Source: Planctomycetota bacterium (GTDB lineage: Bacteria; Planctomycetota; Planctomycetia; Pirellulales; PNKZ01). From it: a DNA stretch of 64,000 nucleotides. The stretch is from contig JAFEBQ010000004.1 of NCBI GenBank assembly GCA_018242585.1, positions 35,558 through 99,557 on the forward strand, read 5' to 3'. Under the pieces are notes generated by a model that was given only the letters and a program-made list of their open reading frames with translations, made no database searches and was not told the origin of the DNA. Position numbers and translations under genes: made by a program. This document shows positions 8,141 to 17,083 of the stretch, piece by piece (the first letter of the stretch is position 1; each line of letters begins with the position of its first letter).

Positions 8141-10075
8141 CTATGCTGGCGGCTTGGCCGCTCCGGCCCGGGCGCGCCCGCGCAGCCAAATCCCTAGCCC
8201 CGACGCGGTCAGCAGCGACCCCGACACGGTCGCCACCAGGATAAACGTCCCCCGCAGGCCGTCCCGCGTCCGGGCGATGTCTTCATCCAACGGGCGGATG
8301 ATCTCCAACACTCCCCCCACTTCCCCTACCTTCCAATTGATTTTGGGGCTTTCCTTGTGGCCGTTGTGGCACTTAACGCAGGCTTCGCCCATTTTGCGCG
8401 CTTTGGCAAACCGGAGCGACGCGCGACCCTGATAGTCTTCGAAGCGGTCGATCGGTTGCTCGGGATTGGCCCGCAGGATCGCTAGCGCGTTCCGCTCGAA
8501 CTCGTCGCGTGGTCCGCCATCTTTGCGCGAGCGGAAGGGGTAATCGCTGTACAGACGCACCTGCATGCCCGAGGCGCTGCGCTGGCTGATCCGCTGGCCC
8601 AGTTCAATGTTCAACGTCGCCGGCAGCGGAATGGCCTTGGGCTTGTTCCGATAGTCGTGCGTTACGTCGATGCCTTGCGAGCTGATCCGATCGACCACTT
8701 CGGTGCTGTACAAGTTGTCGACTTCTTCCAGAATCTCGGCCTGCTGCTTACAGCTTTCCAGTGCCGTCGACCGGACCAGGTAGCTCGACAATCGGGACAG
8801 ATGCGCAAGCCCCAGCGCCGAGCCAAGCGTGATCGCCACCAGCAAACTGGCCGGCAAAGGATTGCGCTGGCACCACCGCCACAGCCGTTCCCCCCGGCCG
8901 ATCGGTCGGGCGCGAATCGGTTCGCCGGCCAGCCAGCGGCGCAAGTCGTCGGCCAACTCGGCCGCCGTGGCGTAACGCCGGCCGGGAGATTTGGACAACA
9001 GCTTGAGCGAAATCGTTTCCAGGTCGCGGGGAATCTTGTCGTTCATCTGCCGCGGCGGTCGCGGCTCGTCTTCGAGCACCTGGAGCAGCAGCATGCGTCG
9101 GTTGCCCCGGAAGGGCCGCTCGCCGGTCAGCAACTCATACAGCACGACACCCAGGCTGTAGAGATCGCTCCGCGAATCGACGCTGCGCGATTCTCCTCGC
9201 GCTTGCTCCGGCGACATATAGGCGGGCGTGCCAAGCACCTGGCCATCGAGCGTCATGGAGGTTTCGTCCCCTTCCCGCTTGGCCAAGCCAAAGTCCATCA
9301 AGTGGGGCTGGCCGCCGGCGTCGAGCATAATGTTCGACGGCTTGATGTCGCGGTGAATCACCCCATGCCGGTGGGCATATTCGAGCGCGTCGGCCACCGC
9401 GGCCACGATCTCGGCCGAGCGGATAAAGTCGAACCGGCCGCTCAGTTTGTTGGCGAGCGTGGTTCCCTCGATGAACTCCTCGACCAGGTAGTACACGCCG
9501 TCGTCGGTCTTCTCGACGCTGAACAGCGACACGATGCCTGGGTGCTTCAACTGGGCGGCAGCCCGGGCTTCGCGCATCAGCCGATCGACGTCCTGGTCGC
9601 TGGCCAGGCTGCCCGAGCGGAGCACCTTGATTGCGACCATCCGCCCCAGTTCGACATCGCGGGCGCGGAACACGTGGCCAAATGAACCGCTGCCGAGTTC
9701 TTCGAGAAGCTCGAACTTGCCCAGTCGGCGCGGCGCGCCATCGGGACCGAGAGTAAAGGCGTTCGACGGTTGTCGCGCGCCGAGGGCTGCCTCCAAGAGC
9801 GTATGCGGCAACGTGTCGGCGGCGCCGGTTCCGTCCCCCCCTGCGGGACGCAGACCGCTGATCAGCGGATCGGCTTCGGCGTCGAGCTCGTTAAGGGTCT
9901 GCTGGCAGGCGGCGCATTGCTCGATGTGCAAGGCCAGGCCGCCCAGGTCGCGCAGCGACAGGTTGCCCAACGCAAAGCGGGATAACTCGGCTCGGCTTGG
10001 ACAGTCAATGGCCATGACGCAATGTTTTGGCTTGCGAAGCGAGTCTTGGTGGATCAGCGGCGCAAACACACTCAT
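8141..10075 (-). CDS. membrane Ser/Thr protein kinase with N-terminal HxxxCxxC (ZAS-like) motif and C-terminal CxxCH heme-type sensor domain (DUF3365-like)
   Basis: Kinase motifs: GSGSFGHVFRA..VAIK, HRDIKPSNIML, DFGLAK, GTPAYMSPE. HIEQCAAC at nt 9905-9928. TM segment ASLLVAITLGSALGLAHL. Periplasmic region ends in ACVKCHNGH (CxxCH at 8366-8380), followed by a second TM FILVATVSGSLLTASGLGIWL. The start could alternatively be Met21 (nt 10015). Confidence 0.9.
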   Translation of the reverse strand: MSVFAPLIHQDSLRKPKHCVMAIDCPSRAELSRFALGNLSLRDLGGLALHIEQCAACQQTLNELDAEADPLISGLRPAGGDGTGAADTLPHTLLEAALGARQPSNAFTLGPDGAPRRLGKFELLEELGSGSFGHVFRARDVELGRMVAIKVLRSGSLASDQDVDRLMREARAAAQLKHPGIVSLFSVEKTDDGVYYLVEEFIEGTTLANKLSGRFDFIRSAEIVAAVADALEYAHRHGVIHRDIKPSNIMLDAGGQPHLMDFGLAKREGDETSMTLDGQVLGTPAYMSPEQARGESRSVDSRSDLYSLGVVLYELLTGERPFRGNRRMLLLQVLEDEPRPPRQMNDKIPRDLETISLKLLSKSPGRRYATAAELADDLRRWLAGEPIRARPIGRGERLWRWCQRNPLPASLLVAITLGSALGLAHLSRLSSYLVRSTALESCKQQAEILEEVDNLYSTEVVDRISSQGIDVTHDYRNKPKAIPLPATLNIELGQRISQRSASGMQVRLYSDYPFRSRKDGGPRDEFERNALAILRANPEQPIDRFEDYQGRASLRFAKARKMGEACVKCHNGHKESPKINWKVGEVGGVLEIIRPLDEDIARTRDGLRGTFILVATVSGSLLTASGLGIWLRGRARAGAAKPPA

Positions 10076-10115
10076 TAGAACGGCCGCGCGTTACAGCCGT
10101 CGCGCGCCCGCCGCG

Positions 10116-10775
10116 TTATTCTTGCAAGTCTCCCAATTCAGCCCGCAGCCGGTGCAACACCCGGGACTTGGCCACGCGAACGGCGCCGGCGCTCATACCC
10201 AAGTCGGCGGCGACGTCTTTGGCGGCGCGCCCTTCGACCGTGGTCTGCCAAAAGGCCTGCCAGGTGCGGGGTTCGAACTCGCCGCGGATCAGCTCGAGCC
10301 CGCGCTGGAAGAGTTGCCGCTCGGCGGTCACATCGTCGGTCGATGGCGTGCTTGAGGACGATGCTTCCCCCGCCGACAAGTCAGCCTGGGCCTCGTCGAC
10401 CAATTGTGCCATTCGTTCGAGCGCCTCGCTGCCCCCAGCGCCGCGAGGTTCGCGCGATTGTTTGCGGAAAAAGTCGTGAATCTTGTTCGAGGTGATCGTC
10501 CGCAGCCAGCCGCGGAAGGTGTCGGATTGCCGGTCGATGCGCAAGGTGGCGACGTGCGACGCCACGGCCTGGAACACGTCCTGCATCACGTCGGCGATGT
10601 CAGCCTCCGACAGCCGCCACCGCCGGCACCAGTGGGCCACCAGCGGCGCATAGAGCGCCACCAGCCGGTCCCAAGCGCCGGCCTCGTCGGTGCGCAACCG
10701 CTCGACCAGGCTGCGTGAAGCGCCGCTCGACGACCAGGAAGCGCGGCTATGACCGATCTCGACGACGTCGTTCAT
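10116..10775 (-). CDS. ECF-type RNA polymerase sigma-70 family factor
   Basis: Region 2-like: LYAPLVAHWCRRWRLSEADIADVMQDVFQAV...FRGWLRTITSNKIHDFFRK. Region 4 HTH: AAKDVAADLGMSAGAVRVAKSRVLHRLRAEL. It lies 40 nt upstream of, and is co-oriented with, the kinase gene. Confidence 0.9.
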   Translation of the reverse strand: MNDVVEIGHSRASWSSSGASRSLVERLRTDEAGAWDRLVALYAPLVAHWCRRWRLSEADIADVMQDVFQAVASHVATLRIDRQSDTFRGWLRTITSNKIHDFFRKQSREPRGAGGSEALERMAQLVDEAQADLSAGEASSSSTPSTDDVTAERQLFQRGLELIRGEFEPRTWQAFWQTTVEGRAAKDVAADLGMSAGAVRVAKSRVLHRLRAELGDLQE

Positions 10776-11022
10776 GAGGTGACGAATGCGTGGCAGGACG
10801 ATGCGCGGCTGGCAGGGCCGACATTTCTCATGCTAGACGGTTTTGGCGATGCTTGCACTACACCGTTGGCAACCACCACGCGGCGCGGCGTTTTACTCGT
10901 GTTTTGGCGAACGGAAGTGACCTTGGAGGGAACTGCTCCAACACGATAAACTTTTAGCCGAAAATCAAGCCGAACATTGCTGGGGTCACCGCCGTTTTTC
11001 ACGTCTGAACGGAATCGACTCT

Positions 11023-11385
11023 TTGACCTCTGAATTGTCGCCACGAACACGAATCGCACTCGGCGCGCTGGTGGGAACCCCCTTCGCACACGTGGTGCTG
11101 GCCGGGGCGTTGTGTCTGGCGCTCCCCTTGTTGGCGGCAGGAGTGCGGGCGAGCTGTCGCGTCTGGAAGCAATCGAGCGCCGACTTGACGCCGGCCTACG
11201 CGACGATTGCCACGCTGTTTTGCATTGTTCAGCCGTGCTCGTACCTGGCTTGGGAAAAGTATGTGCTGCCGGTGTTGCCGGTCGCGGCCATCTGCCTATG
11301 GCGATGTTCAAACAAGCCTGCGGTCGCGCTGTCGACACGCCCGGCAATAGCGGCCGACAAACGCCAACTCGCACGCGCCGCATAA
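11023..11385 (+). CDS. possible small membrane protein (120 aa, TTG start)
   Basis: Hydrophobic segments: ALGALVGTPFAHVVLAGALCLALPLLAAGV, ATIATLFCIVQPCSYLAW, VLPVLPVAAICLW. Codon third positions are mostly G/C. It is convergent with the HlyD gene across a hairpin. No family recognised. Confidence 0.35.
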   Translation: MTSELSPRTRIALGALVGTPFAHVVLAGALCLALPLLAAGVRASCRVWKQSSADLTPAYATIATLFCIVQPCSYLAWEKYVLPVLPVAAICLWRCSNKPAVALSTRPAIAADKRQLARAA

Positions 11386-11388
11386 GAG

Positions 11389-11409
11389 ACGCGTCACCGC
11401 ATGACGCGT
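11389..11409. terminator. hairpin between convergent stop codons (candidate bidirectional terminator)
   Basis: ACGCGTCA(11389-11396) ccgca TGACGCGT(11402-11409). It lies between TAA 11383-11385 (+) and the stop of the minus-strand gene at 11409-11411. Confidence 0.45.
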
Positions 11410-12311
11410 TATTGCTTGGGCGCGGCCAACTCGATCGTCATTTCGGCGTCGAGCCCGGGGCGTAGTTCCCATTGGCCGTCGGTTTGCCGGTTGTCGACTT
11501 CGGCCCACACCTGATAGACGCCCCCCGCCTGAATGCGCGGGTCGACGAACGTGACCTGTCCGGCGAAGGTCACTTGTTGATTCGGACCAATGGCCACGCG
11601 GATTTGCACGGGACGCCCCTGCACGTCGCTGCGACTGTAGCGATCGGCTTTGATGAACGCTTCGACGCGCAGTCGATCGAGCCGCACGATGCGAACCACC
11701 GTGTCCCCCATCTGAACCCATTCGCCGGCGCGATACAGAACCTCGACGACTTCGCCGGCGAGCGGGGCCCGAATTTGGCGGCGTTGGATTTCGTCGTCGG
11801 CCAGCCGAACCTTGATCTGGTTCGCCGCCGCTTCGAGACCGGCCAGCTTTTGATCGTGCTCGGCTTGCTCGATTTGCAACGTAGCCTGATCGATCGAGAG
11901 TTGCAGCTTTTGCATCTCGACAAGCGACTTGGTGCCGGGCACCTTGGCGTTGGCGTCGGCGTTGAGCCGGTATTCGGTCTCGGCGACTTTGCGCACGGCG
12001 CGGGCATAGCGGGCGTTGACGTCGTTCGAGGCTTTTTCGACGGCGATGTCCCGTTCGGCTTCGGCGGCCTGCTTGCGCAGCGAGGCGGAGGTGTCGTTGA
12101 TTCGCCCCAAGATGTCGCTCCGCTTGACTTGTTGACCGGGGCGAGCCGTCAACTCGCTGAGCAGCCCGGGCTCCTGGGCCGGAACTTCGACTTCATCAAT
12201 CGCCGAAACCAGGCAGCGCTCAAACCGCGCGGTGCGCGGAGCGTCGGTGGTGTCGGTCTCGGTGGCCAAGAACGCAACAACCAACATGGGAGCAACCTGC
12301 CACATCGACAT
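11409..12311 (-). CDS. HlyD-family efflux/secretion periplasmic adaptor (membrane fusion protein)
   Basis: N-terminal hydrophobic anchor MSMWQVAPMLVVAFLA. Coiled-coil hairpin region: ASLRKQAAEAERDIAVEKASNDVNARYARAVRKVAETEYRL...LQIEQAEHDQKLAGLEAAANQ. Beta-barrel motif: RRQIRAPLAGEVVEVLYRAGEWVQMGDTVVRIV. Confidence 0.85.
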   Translation of the reverse strand: MSMWQVAPMLVVAFLATETDTTDAPRTARFERCLVSAIDEVEVPAQEPGLLSELTARPGQQVKRSDILGRINDTSASLRKQAAEAERDIAVEKASNDVNARYARAVRKVAETEYRLNADANAKVPGTKSLVEMQKLQLSIDQATLQIEQAEHDQKLAGLEAAANQIKVRLADDEIQRRQIRAPLAGEVVEVLYRAGEWVQMGDTVVRIVRLDRLRVEAFIKADRYSRSDVQGRPVQIRVAIGPNQQVTFAGQVTFVDPRIQAGGVYQVWAEVDNRQTDGQWELRPGLDAEMTIELAAPKQ

Positions 12312-12725
12312 CCCTCGACATTTTTAAGCGATGGAGAGTTCGCCGTGCGCCGTTCATCGTAGCCAGCGCCACCAAGGCCAGCAACGAACATGGGGGTATC
12401 TTGCCGCAGGGCCTGAAAGGGCCCGTGGCGCGGCGTAACGCTTTTACTGGTGGGATGGCTGCGCTCTCCGCGCAGAAGAAACAGGCACGAATTAGGCCGC
12501 ATCGGCGCAATCGTCAATGCCCGCACGGCAATGGGAGTTGGGCCCTAGAAAACCACCTAACTGCAGGTGCCCGTGGGATGAAATCACTTGCTAACCCCCA
12601 GTGGAACCTAGAGTTGTCAAGGAACAGCGGCGAGTTTTCGTCGCGATGAAAGTAACCCTCGCGCGAACCAAGCGCGACTCACACACAGTGCCCCGAGAAG
12701 GGAACTGCTTTACAAGTCCAGGTGG

Positions 12726-13976
12726 ATGATGAAACCAGGATCACGGCGAGTATTGCTGGTCGATAACGACCCGATGTTTCGGCGATTGCTGACGACGCTG
12801 CTGTCGAAAGAAACTGGTTGCGAAGTGCGCCAAGCGCACGGCGGGGCCGAGGCGATCGACGCGGCCGAACTCTGGCGTCCCGATTTGGTGATTCTCGACA
12901 TCTCAATGCCGCGGCTGGACGGCTTTGCCGCCTGCCATGCTTTGAAGCAAGGCAAGTTGAAGCCCGCGCCGCAGGTGATGATGGTCTCGGCCCACTCGAC
13001 GCTGGAAGAGCAAGTCAAGGCGTTCAGCGCCGGAGCCGACGATTACCTGGTCAAGCCGATCGATCATCTGGAGTTTCGTTCGCGGGTCCACCTGCATTTC
13101 CGGCTGCGCGAGGCGCAGGCCGTCGTGAAGCGGTCGCAGCGCAAGCTGCGCAAGCGCCACGCCGAGTTGCAACGGCTGACCAGCGAGCGATCCAGGGAAA
13201 TGCTGGCCACGCAGGACATCGCCATTTTCACCTTGGCCAAGGTGGCCGAGTCACGGGACAACGAGACGGGTATGCATCTGACGCGGATGCGCGAGTATTC
13301 GCAGCTACTGGCCTGCGACTTGCGCGACCGCAGCCCCTATGCGGACCAGATCGACAACACGTTCCTCGACGACTTGTACCGTTCGAGCCCCCTGCACGAC
13401 ATCGGCAAGGTCGGCATTCCCGACGCCGTGCTATTGAAGCCCGGGCGATTGACCGTCGAAGAGTTTGAAATCATGAAGCAGCACGCGTCGATCGGCGCGA
13501 ATATTCTGCAACAAGCCGTCAAGCAGTCGGCCAGTGGCAGCTTTCTGGCCATGGCGGCGTTGATTGCCCAATCACACCACGAGCGGTGGGACGGCACCGG
13601 CTACCCACGTGGGCTGGCCGGGGCTGATATTCCGCTGCCGGGCCGAATCGTGGCCGTGGCCGATGTGTTCGACGCGCTAACGTCCAAGCGGCCCTACAAG
13701 GAACCCTGGCCCGCCGAGAAGGCGGCGCAATATATCGAAGAGCAATCGGGAAGCCACTTTGACCCGGTGATCGTCGACGCCTTCCGTCGCGTGTTGCCGC
13801 GGTTCCTCGACGTGCATCGTTCGTGCGGCGACGACGGCTCGTCGCTGATGAGCATGTTGCAAACCGCCACGGCGTTGAACTCGGCGGACGTGACGACCTA
13901 TATCGAAAGGGCGATGGCATTCACGACCGATGTGCCCGCCTTTATGTCGCGGACTCCGGACATCGTGATGATCTAG
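12726..13976 (+). CDS. response regulator receiver + HD-GYP domain protein (putative c-di-GMP phosphodiesterase, RpfG-like)
   Basis: REC domain: RVLLVDNDPMFRRLL...DLVILDISMPRLDGF...MVSAHS...DDYLVKP. HD-GYP domain: HLTRMREYS...PLHDIGKVGIPDAVLLKPGRLT..EFEIMKQHASIG...HHERWDGTGYPRGL...IVAVADVFDALTSKRPYK. Confidence 0.92.
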   Translation: MMKPGSRRVLLVDNDPMFRRLLTTLLSKETGCEVRQAHGGAEAIDAAELWRPDLVILDISMPRLDGFAACHALKQGKLKPAPQVMMVSAHSTLEEQVKAFSAGADDYLVKPIDHLEFRSRVHLHFRLREAQAVVKRSQRKLRKRHAELQRLTSERSREMLATQDIAIFTLAKVAESRDNETGMHLTRMREYSQLLACDLRDRSPYADQIDNTFLDDLYRSSPLHDIGKVGIPDAVLLKPGRLTVEEFEIMKQHASIGANILQQAVKQSASGSFLAMAALIAQSHHERWDGTGYPRGLAGADIPLPGRIVAVADVFDALTSKRPYKEPWPAEKAAQYIEEQSGSHFDPVIVDAFRRVLPRFLDVHRSCGDDGSSLMSMLQTATALNSADVTTYIERAMAFTTDVPAFMSRTPDIVMI

Positions 13977-14130
13977 AGCAGTTCTCGAAACACTCTCGCA
14001 TGGGTGGCCCAGGTGCTTGCACCTGGGTGGCCGCAGGCCACAAGAAACCTCGGGTGCCGTTCCGCGCGGGTGGCGAGTTTCCCTTTGGGTTGCGCGTGTC
14101 CATCGAGTTTCTTGTTGCTGCGCAACACCG
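13974..14130 (+). repeat. ~157-nt structured repeat, copy A (starts at the TAG stop of the HD-GYP gene)
   Basis: It aligns over its full length with the reverse complement of 61447..61604. Substructures: CCAGGTGC-tt-GCACCTGG; GTGGCC-gca-GGCCAC; long-range ACAAGAAAC...GTTTCTTGT; GTTGC-tgc-GCAAC. It lies between convergent genes. Confidence 0.65.
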
Positions 14131-14209
14131 CATGCTTACGCGCGTTGGCGGCTTAAAGAACCATTCACTCCATCCAGGACGGCGGCGCCGGTGACAACTC
14201 GCGATAAGC

Positions 14210-15565
14210 TCAGGAGTGGGGCTCGTCAATGCTCCATTCCTTGAGCCGGCGTTGCAGCGTGCGAACCGAGATGCCCAGCGTCTCGGCCGTGCGCGAGCGG
14301 TTACCGCTGAACTTTTCCAGCGTCTGGAGAATGGCGGACTTCTCCATGTCGATCAGCGTGGCGTCGTCGGGCAGCGTCCCCAAGCCGGGAGTTGTCGAAA
14401 AGCTCGGCGGCAAGTGCTGTAGCGACAGTTCATCCCCCTCTTGCAGCACGAGCATGCATTCCAGGCAATTGCGCAGCTGCCGGACGTTGCCAGGCCACTC
14501 GTAGCTCTCGAGAAACGTCCGCAGTTCGGGGCTCAGGGCCGGGCGCGGCCGGCGAATGCGCTCGGTCAGGTCGGTGAGGATATGCTCGGCGATCGGCACG
14601 ATGTCCTCGCGATGACTGCGCAGCGGCGGCAACATGATCGTGATCACCTGCAAGCGATAGTACAGGTCTTCGCGGAAGCGCCCCTCGTGCATGAGCGCCG
14701 TCAGGTCTCGACTCGTGGCGGCCACCACGCGCACCTCGACCGAGCGTGGCTCGTTGCCGCCCACGGGCGTGATCATTCGAGTTTCCAAGGCGCGCAGCAG
14801 CTTGGCCTGGGAACTGAGCGGAAAGTCACCGATTTCATCGATGAACAACGTGCCACCGTGGGCCTGGGCAAATCGCCCCTGCCGGTCGACCGTCGCCCCC
14901 GTGAACGAGCCGCGGACATGGCCGAACAACTCACTTTCGACGAGCGACTCGGGAATGGCCGCCATGTTGACGACGACAAACGGCTGATCGTGCCGCGCGC
15001 CTTGCGCGTGAATTCCCTCGGCCACCAACTCCTTGCCGGTTCCTGACTCGCCTTGAATCGTGACGGTGCTGTCTGACTTGGCGGCGCGGGCGATCTGCTC
15101 GCGAACGCGGTCCAGGGCCGGCGAAGTGCCCACCAATTGCCCCGACGGCTTGAACCGTCGGGACGCGGAACGCAGCCGCGGCGTCGGCGGCGGCTGCTTT
15201 TCCTCGTTGCAATAGCTCTCGGCCAGCTTCAGCAACTGGCGCGGGTCGACCGGCTTGGTCAGATAGTCGCGCGCCCCGAGCTTCATGGCGTTGACCGCCG
15301 ACTGCACATCGCCGTAGGCAGTCACCATGATGAACGGCGTGCCTGGCTTGCGCGCCATCCACAGATTGAGCAAATCGACGCCACTTTTTGTGCCCAGGCA
15401 AAGATCGCTCACCACCAGGTCGACCGGACGGTTAATGGTCTCGAGAGCCTCGTCGGGATTGCGCGCGGTCAGGACTTCGTAGCCTTCGATCCGCAGCATC
15501 CGCGATAGGGCTTGCCGCTCGTTGGCGTTGTCTTCCACCACCAGTATGGAATGTTGATTGGCCAC
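14210..15565 (-). CDS. sigma-54-dependent response regulator (NtrC-family enhancer-binding protein)
   Basis: REC: ILVVEDNANERQAL...DLVVSDLCL...MVTAYG...ARDYLTKP. AAA+ sigma-54 activation domain: TIQGESGTGKELVAEGIH, ESELFGHVRGSFTGA, GGTLFIDEIGD, RVVAATSRDL, REDLYYRL. C-terminal Fis-type HTH: RSRTAETLGISVRTLQRRLKEW. Confidence 0.93.
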   Translation of the reverse strand: MANQHSILVVEDNANERQALSRMLRIEGYEVLTARNPDEALETINRPVDLVVSDLCLGTKSGVDLLNLWMARKPGTPFIMVTAYGDVQSAVNAMKLGARDYLTKPVDPRQLLKLAESYCNEEKQPPPTPRLRSASRRFKPSGQLVGTSPALDRVREQIARAAKSDSTVTIQGESGTGKELVAEGIHAQGARHDQPFVVVNMAAIPESLVESELFGHVRGSFTGATVDRQGRFAQAHGGTLFIDEIGDFPLSSQAKLLRALETRMITPVGGNEPRSVEVRVVAATSRDLTALMHEGRFREDLYYRLQVITIMLPPLRSHREDIVPIAEHILTDLTERIRRPRPALSPELRTFLESYEWPGNVRQLRNCLECMLVLQEGDELSLQHLPPSFSTTPGLGTLPDDATLIDMEKSAILQTLEKFSGNRSRTAETLGISVRTLQRRLKEWSIDEPHS

Positions 15566-15580
15566 GATCAGGGTTTCCTG

Positions 15581-17083
15581 TTAGCAGATGGAAATCAGCA
15601 TCGGCACGCTCAGCAATTGAGTGGCTGCGGCCAGCGTCGCCGGACTGACCTGCAGCGGATCGCTGACTTGCTTGGCGTTGGTCGGCAAGTTCACGCAAAA
15701 CTCGGCGCCACCTTCGGCGCTATCTTGGCAATGGATCGTCCCCCACGCTTCCTCGACAAAGCGGCGGACCAGGGCCAATCCCAACCCGGTCCCCAGGTGC
15801 TTGGTCGAGAAGAACGGCTCGAAGATCGCCTCGCGCAACTCCTCCGGCACACCCGGTCCTGTGTCCGAAACCTGGAGTTTCAACGTCTCGCCGTCGGTGG
15901 CGACCGAGATCCGCACTTGCCCGTGCGGCCCAACGGCCTCGGCCGCGTTGGTCAACAGATTGAGCATCACTTGCCGCAAGCGGGTGCGATCGATGAAAGC
16001 CAGCGCAGGCTCGGTGGGCAACGTCGCCGCCAGCTTGATCTCGTCCCGATCCAGCAACGGCCCCATGAAGGTCAACAGCGAACGGACCTCGACGCCAACG
16101 TCAACCAGTTCGGCCCGGGCTTCCTCGGGCTTGGCATATTCCAGTAGCGTGCGGAGCATGCCCTCGACGCGCCCGATTTCTTCGATCGTCTCGGTGACAA
16201 TCTCGGTGGGTTGTGATTCACGAGCGGCATGAGCCAACCATGCCCGTTCGATCACGTGCAGGTTAATGCGGACGGCATTCAGCGGATTGCGGATTTCGTG
16301 CGCGATGCCGCCGGCCACCTGCCCCAACTCGGCCAACTGTTTGACACGGCCAACGGCCAGCGCGGTCTGTAGATCGGAAACACGCTTGGCGATCGAAATC
16401 GCCGAGTAACAAGCCAGGCCCACCACCACGACAATGAGCAACGTGGTCACGATCCAGCGCTGTCGCGTGGTGGCCATCACCTGGGTCAACCGGCGCTCGA
16501 ACCATTCGGTATTCAGCCCCGAGTGATACGTCGCAATCTGTTTGCTTCCCACCAGAACCGGAATTGACAGATCATAGGCGGTGATTCCACCGGTCAATTC
16601 TGGGGAACTGGTCTCGACCACATCCTCGCCGGCGTCGGGCATCTGACGCTGATACCAATTGTGGGCCAGCGCGCCCCCTTCGAGCGACTTGGTGCTGTGC
16701 TTGAGCACCTGCCCCGTCTGGTCAACCACCGCCGCGTAGAGATGCGAATCGTCGGTTGGCAACGTCCGATCCCAATGGCGTCGCAGCCATTCGGCGTCGG
16801 CCTTGTCGAGTCCCTCTTGCGGCGAGGTGATGTGCTGAAATTCGTCCTGAATGCGCATGGTCGTGCGAATGGCGTGCGAGCGCAGCCGATTCACCTCGAC
16901 CTGCAACAGCCCGTTGCGAGTTTCCTTGAAGTCGAGCGTCATGCTCCAGAAAGCGATTCCCGCGATCCCCACCACGCACAGCCCAAAGGCCAGGAACAAC
17001 AATGCCAAATTGCCGCGCAGCATCGCCCGAGAGACTTGCTTGACGCGACCAATGGCTCGAGGCGGGTTCATCAGGTATTCCAC
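15581..17083 (-). CDS. sensor histidine kinase (two TM segments, periplasmic sensor domain)
   Basis: TM1 LALLFLAFGLCVVGIAGIAFW, TM2 WIVTTLLIVVVVGLACYSAI. H-box GGIAHEIRNPLNAV. N/G boxes LLTNAAEAV, DTGPGVP, GTGLGLALV. It lies 15 nt upstream of, and is co-oriented with, the NtrC-family gene. Confidence 0.9.
   Translation of the reverse strand: MEYLMNPPRAIGRVKQVSRAMLRGNLALLFLAFGLCVVGIAGIAFWSMTLDFKETRNGLLQVEVNRLRSHAIRTTMRIQDEFQHITSPQEGLDKADAEWLRRHWDRTLPTDDSHLYAAVVDQTGQVLKHSTKSLEGGALAHNWYQRQMPDAGEDVVETSSPELTGGITAYDLSIPVLVGSKQIATYHSGLNTEWFERRLTQVMATTRQRWIVTTLLIVVVVGLACYSAISIAKRVSDLQTALAVGRVKQLAELGQVAGGIAHEIRNPLNAVRINLHVIERAWLAHAARESQPTEIVTETIEEIGRVEGMLRTLLEYAKPEEARAELVDVGVEVRSLLTFMGPLLDRDEIKLAATLPTEPALAFIDRTRLRQVMLNLLTNAAEAVGPHGQVRISVATDGETLKLQVSDTGPGVPEELREAIFEPFFSTKHLGTGLGLALVRRFVEEAWGTIHCQDSAEGGAEFCVNLPTNAKQVSDPLQVSPATLAAATQLLSVPMLISIC

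Noticed and set aside
8657-10479. + strand ORFs (8657..9685, 9534..10355, 10027..10479) opposite the kinase and sigma genes.
   Set aside because: They are antisense to genes with unambiguous kinase and sigma motifs.
10772-11383. 203-aa minus-strand ORF in the spacer after the sigma gene.
   Set aside because: Extremely Arg/Pro/Ser-rich. It begins inside the sigma-factor promoter region. The opposite-strand 120-aa membrane-like ORF is the more plausible, though still weak, candidate.
11472-12362. 296-aa + strand ORF opposite the HlyD gene.
   Set aside because: An antisense shadow with no motifs.
13823-14194. Apparent peptide conservation (GHKKPR.P...GGEFP.GLRV.IEFLVA.QHR) between ORF 13823..14194 (+) and ORF 61329..61550 (-), which suggested a small conserved gene.
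   Set aside because: The similarity is explained by the nucleotide repeat. Substitutions are not concentrated at third codon positions. Copy A has no start codon of its own and overlaps the HD-GYP gene. The conserved blocks coincide with stem-loops.
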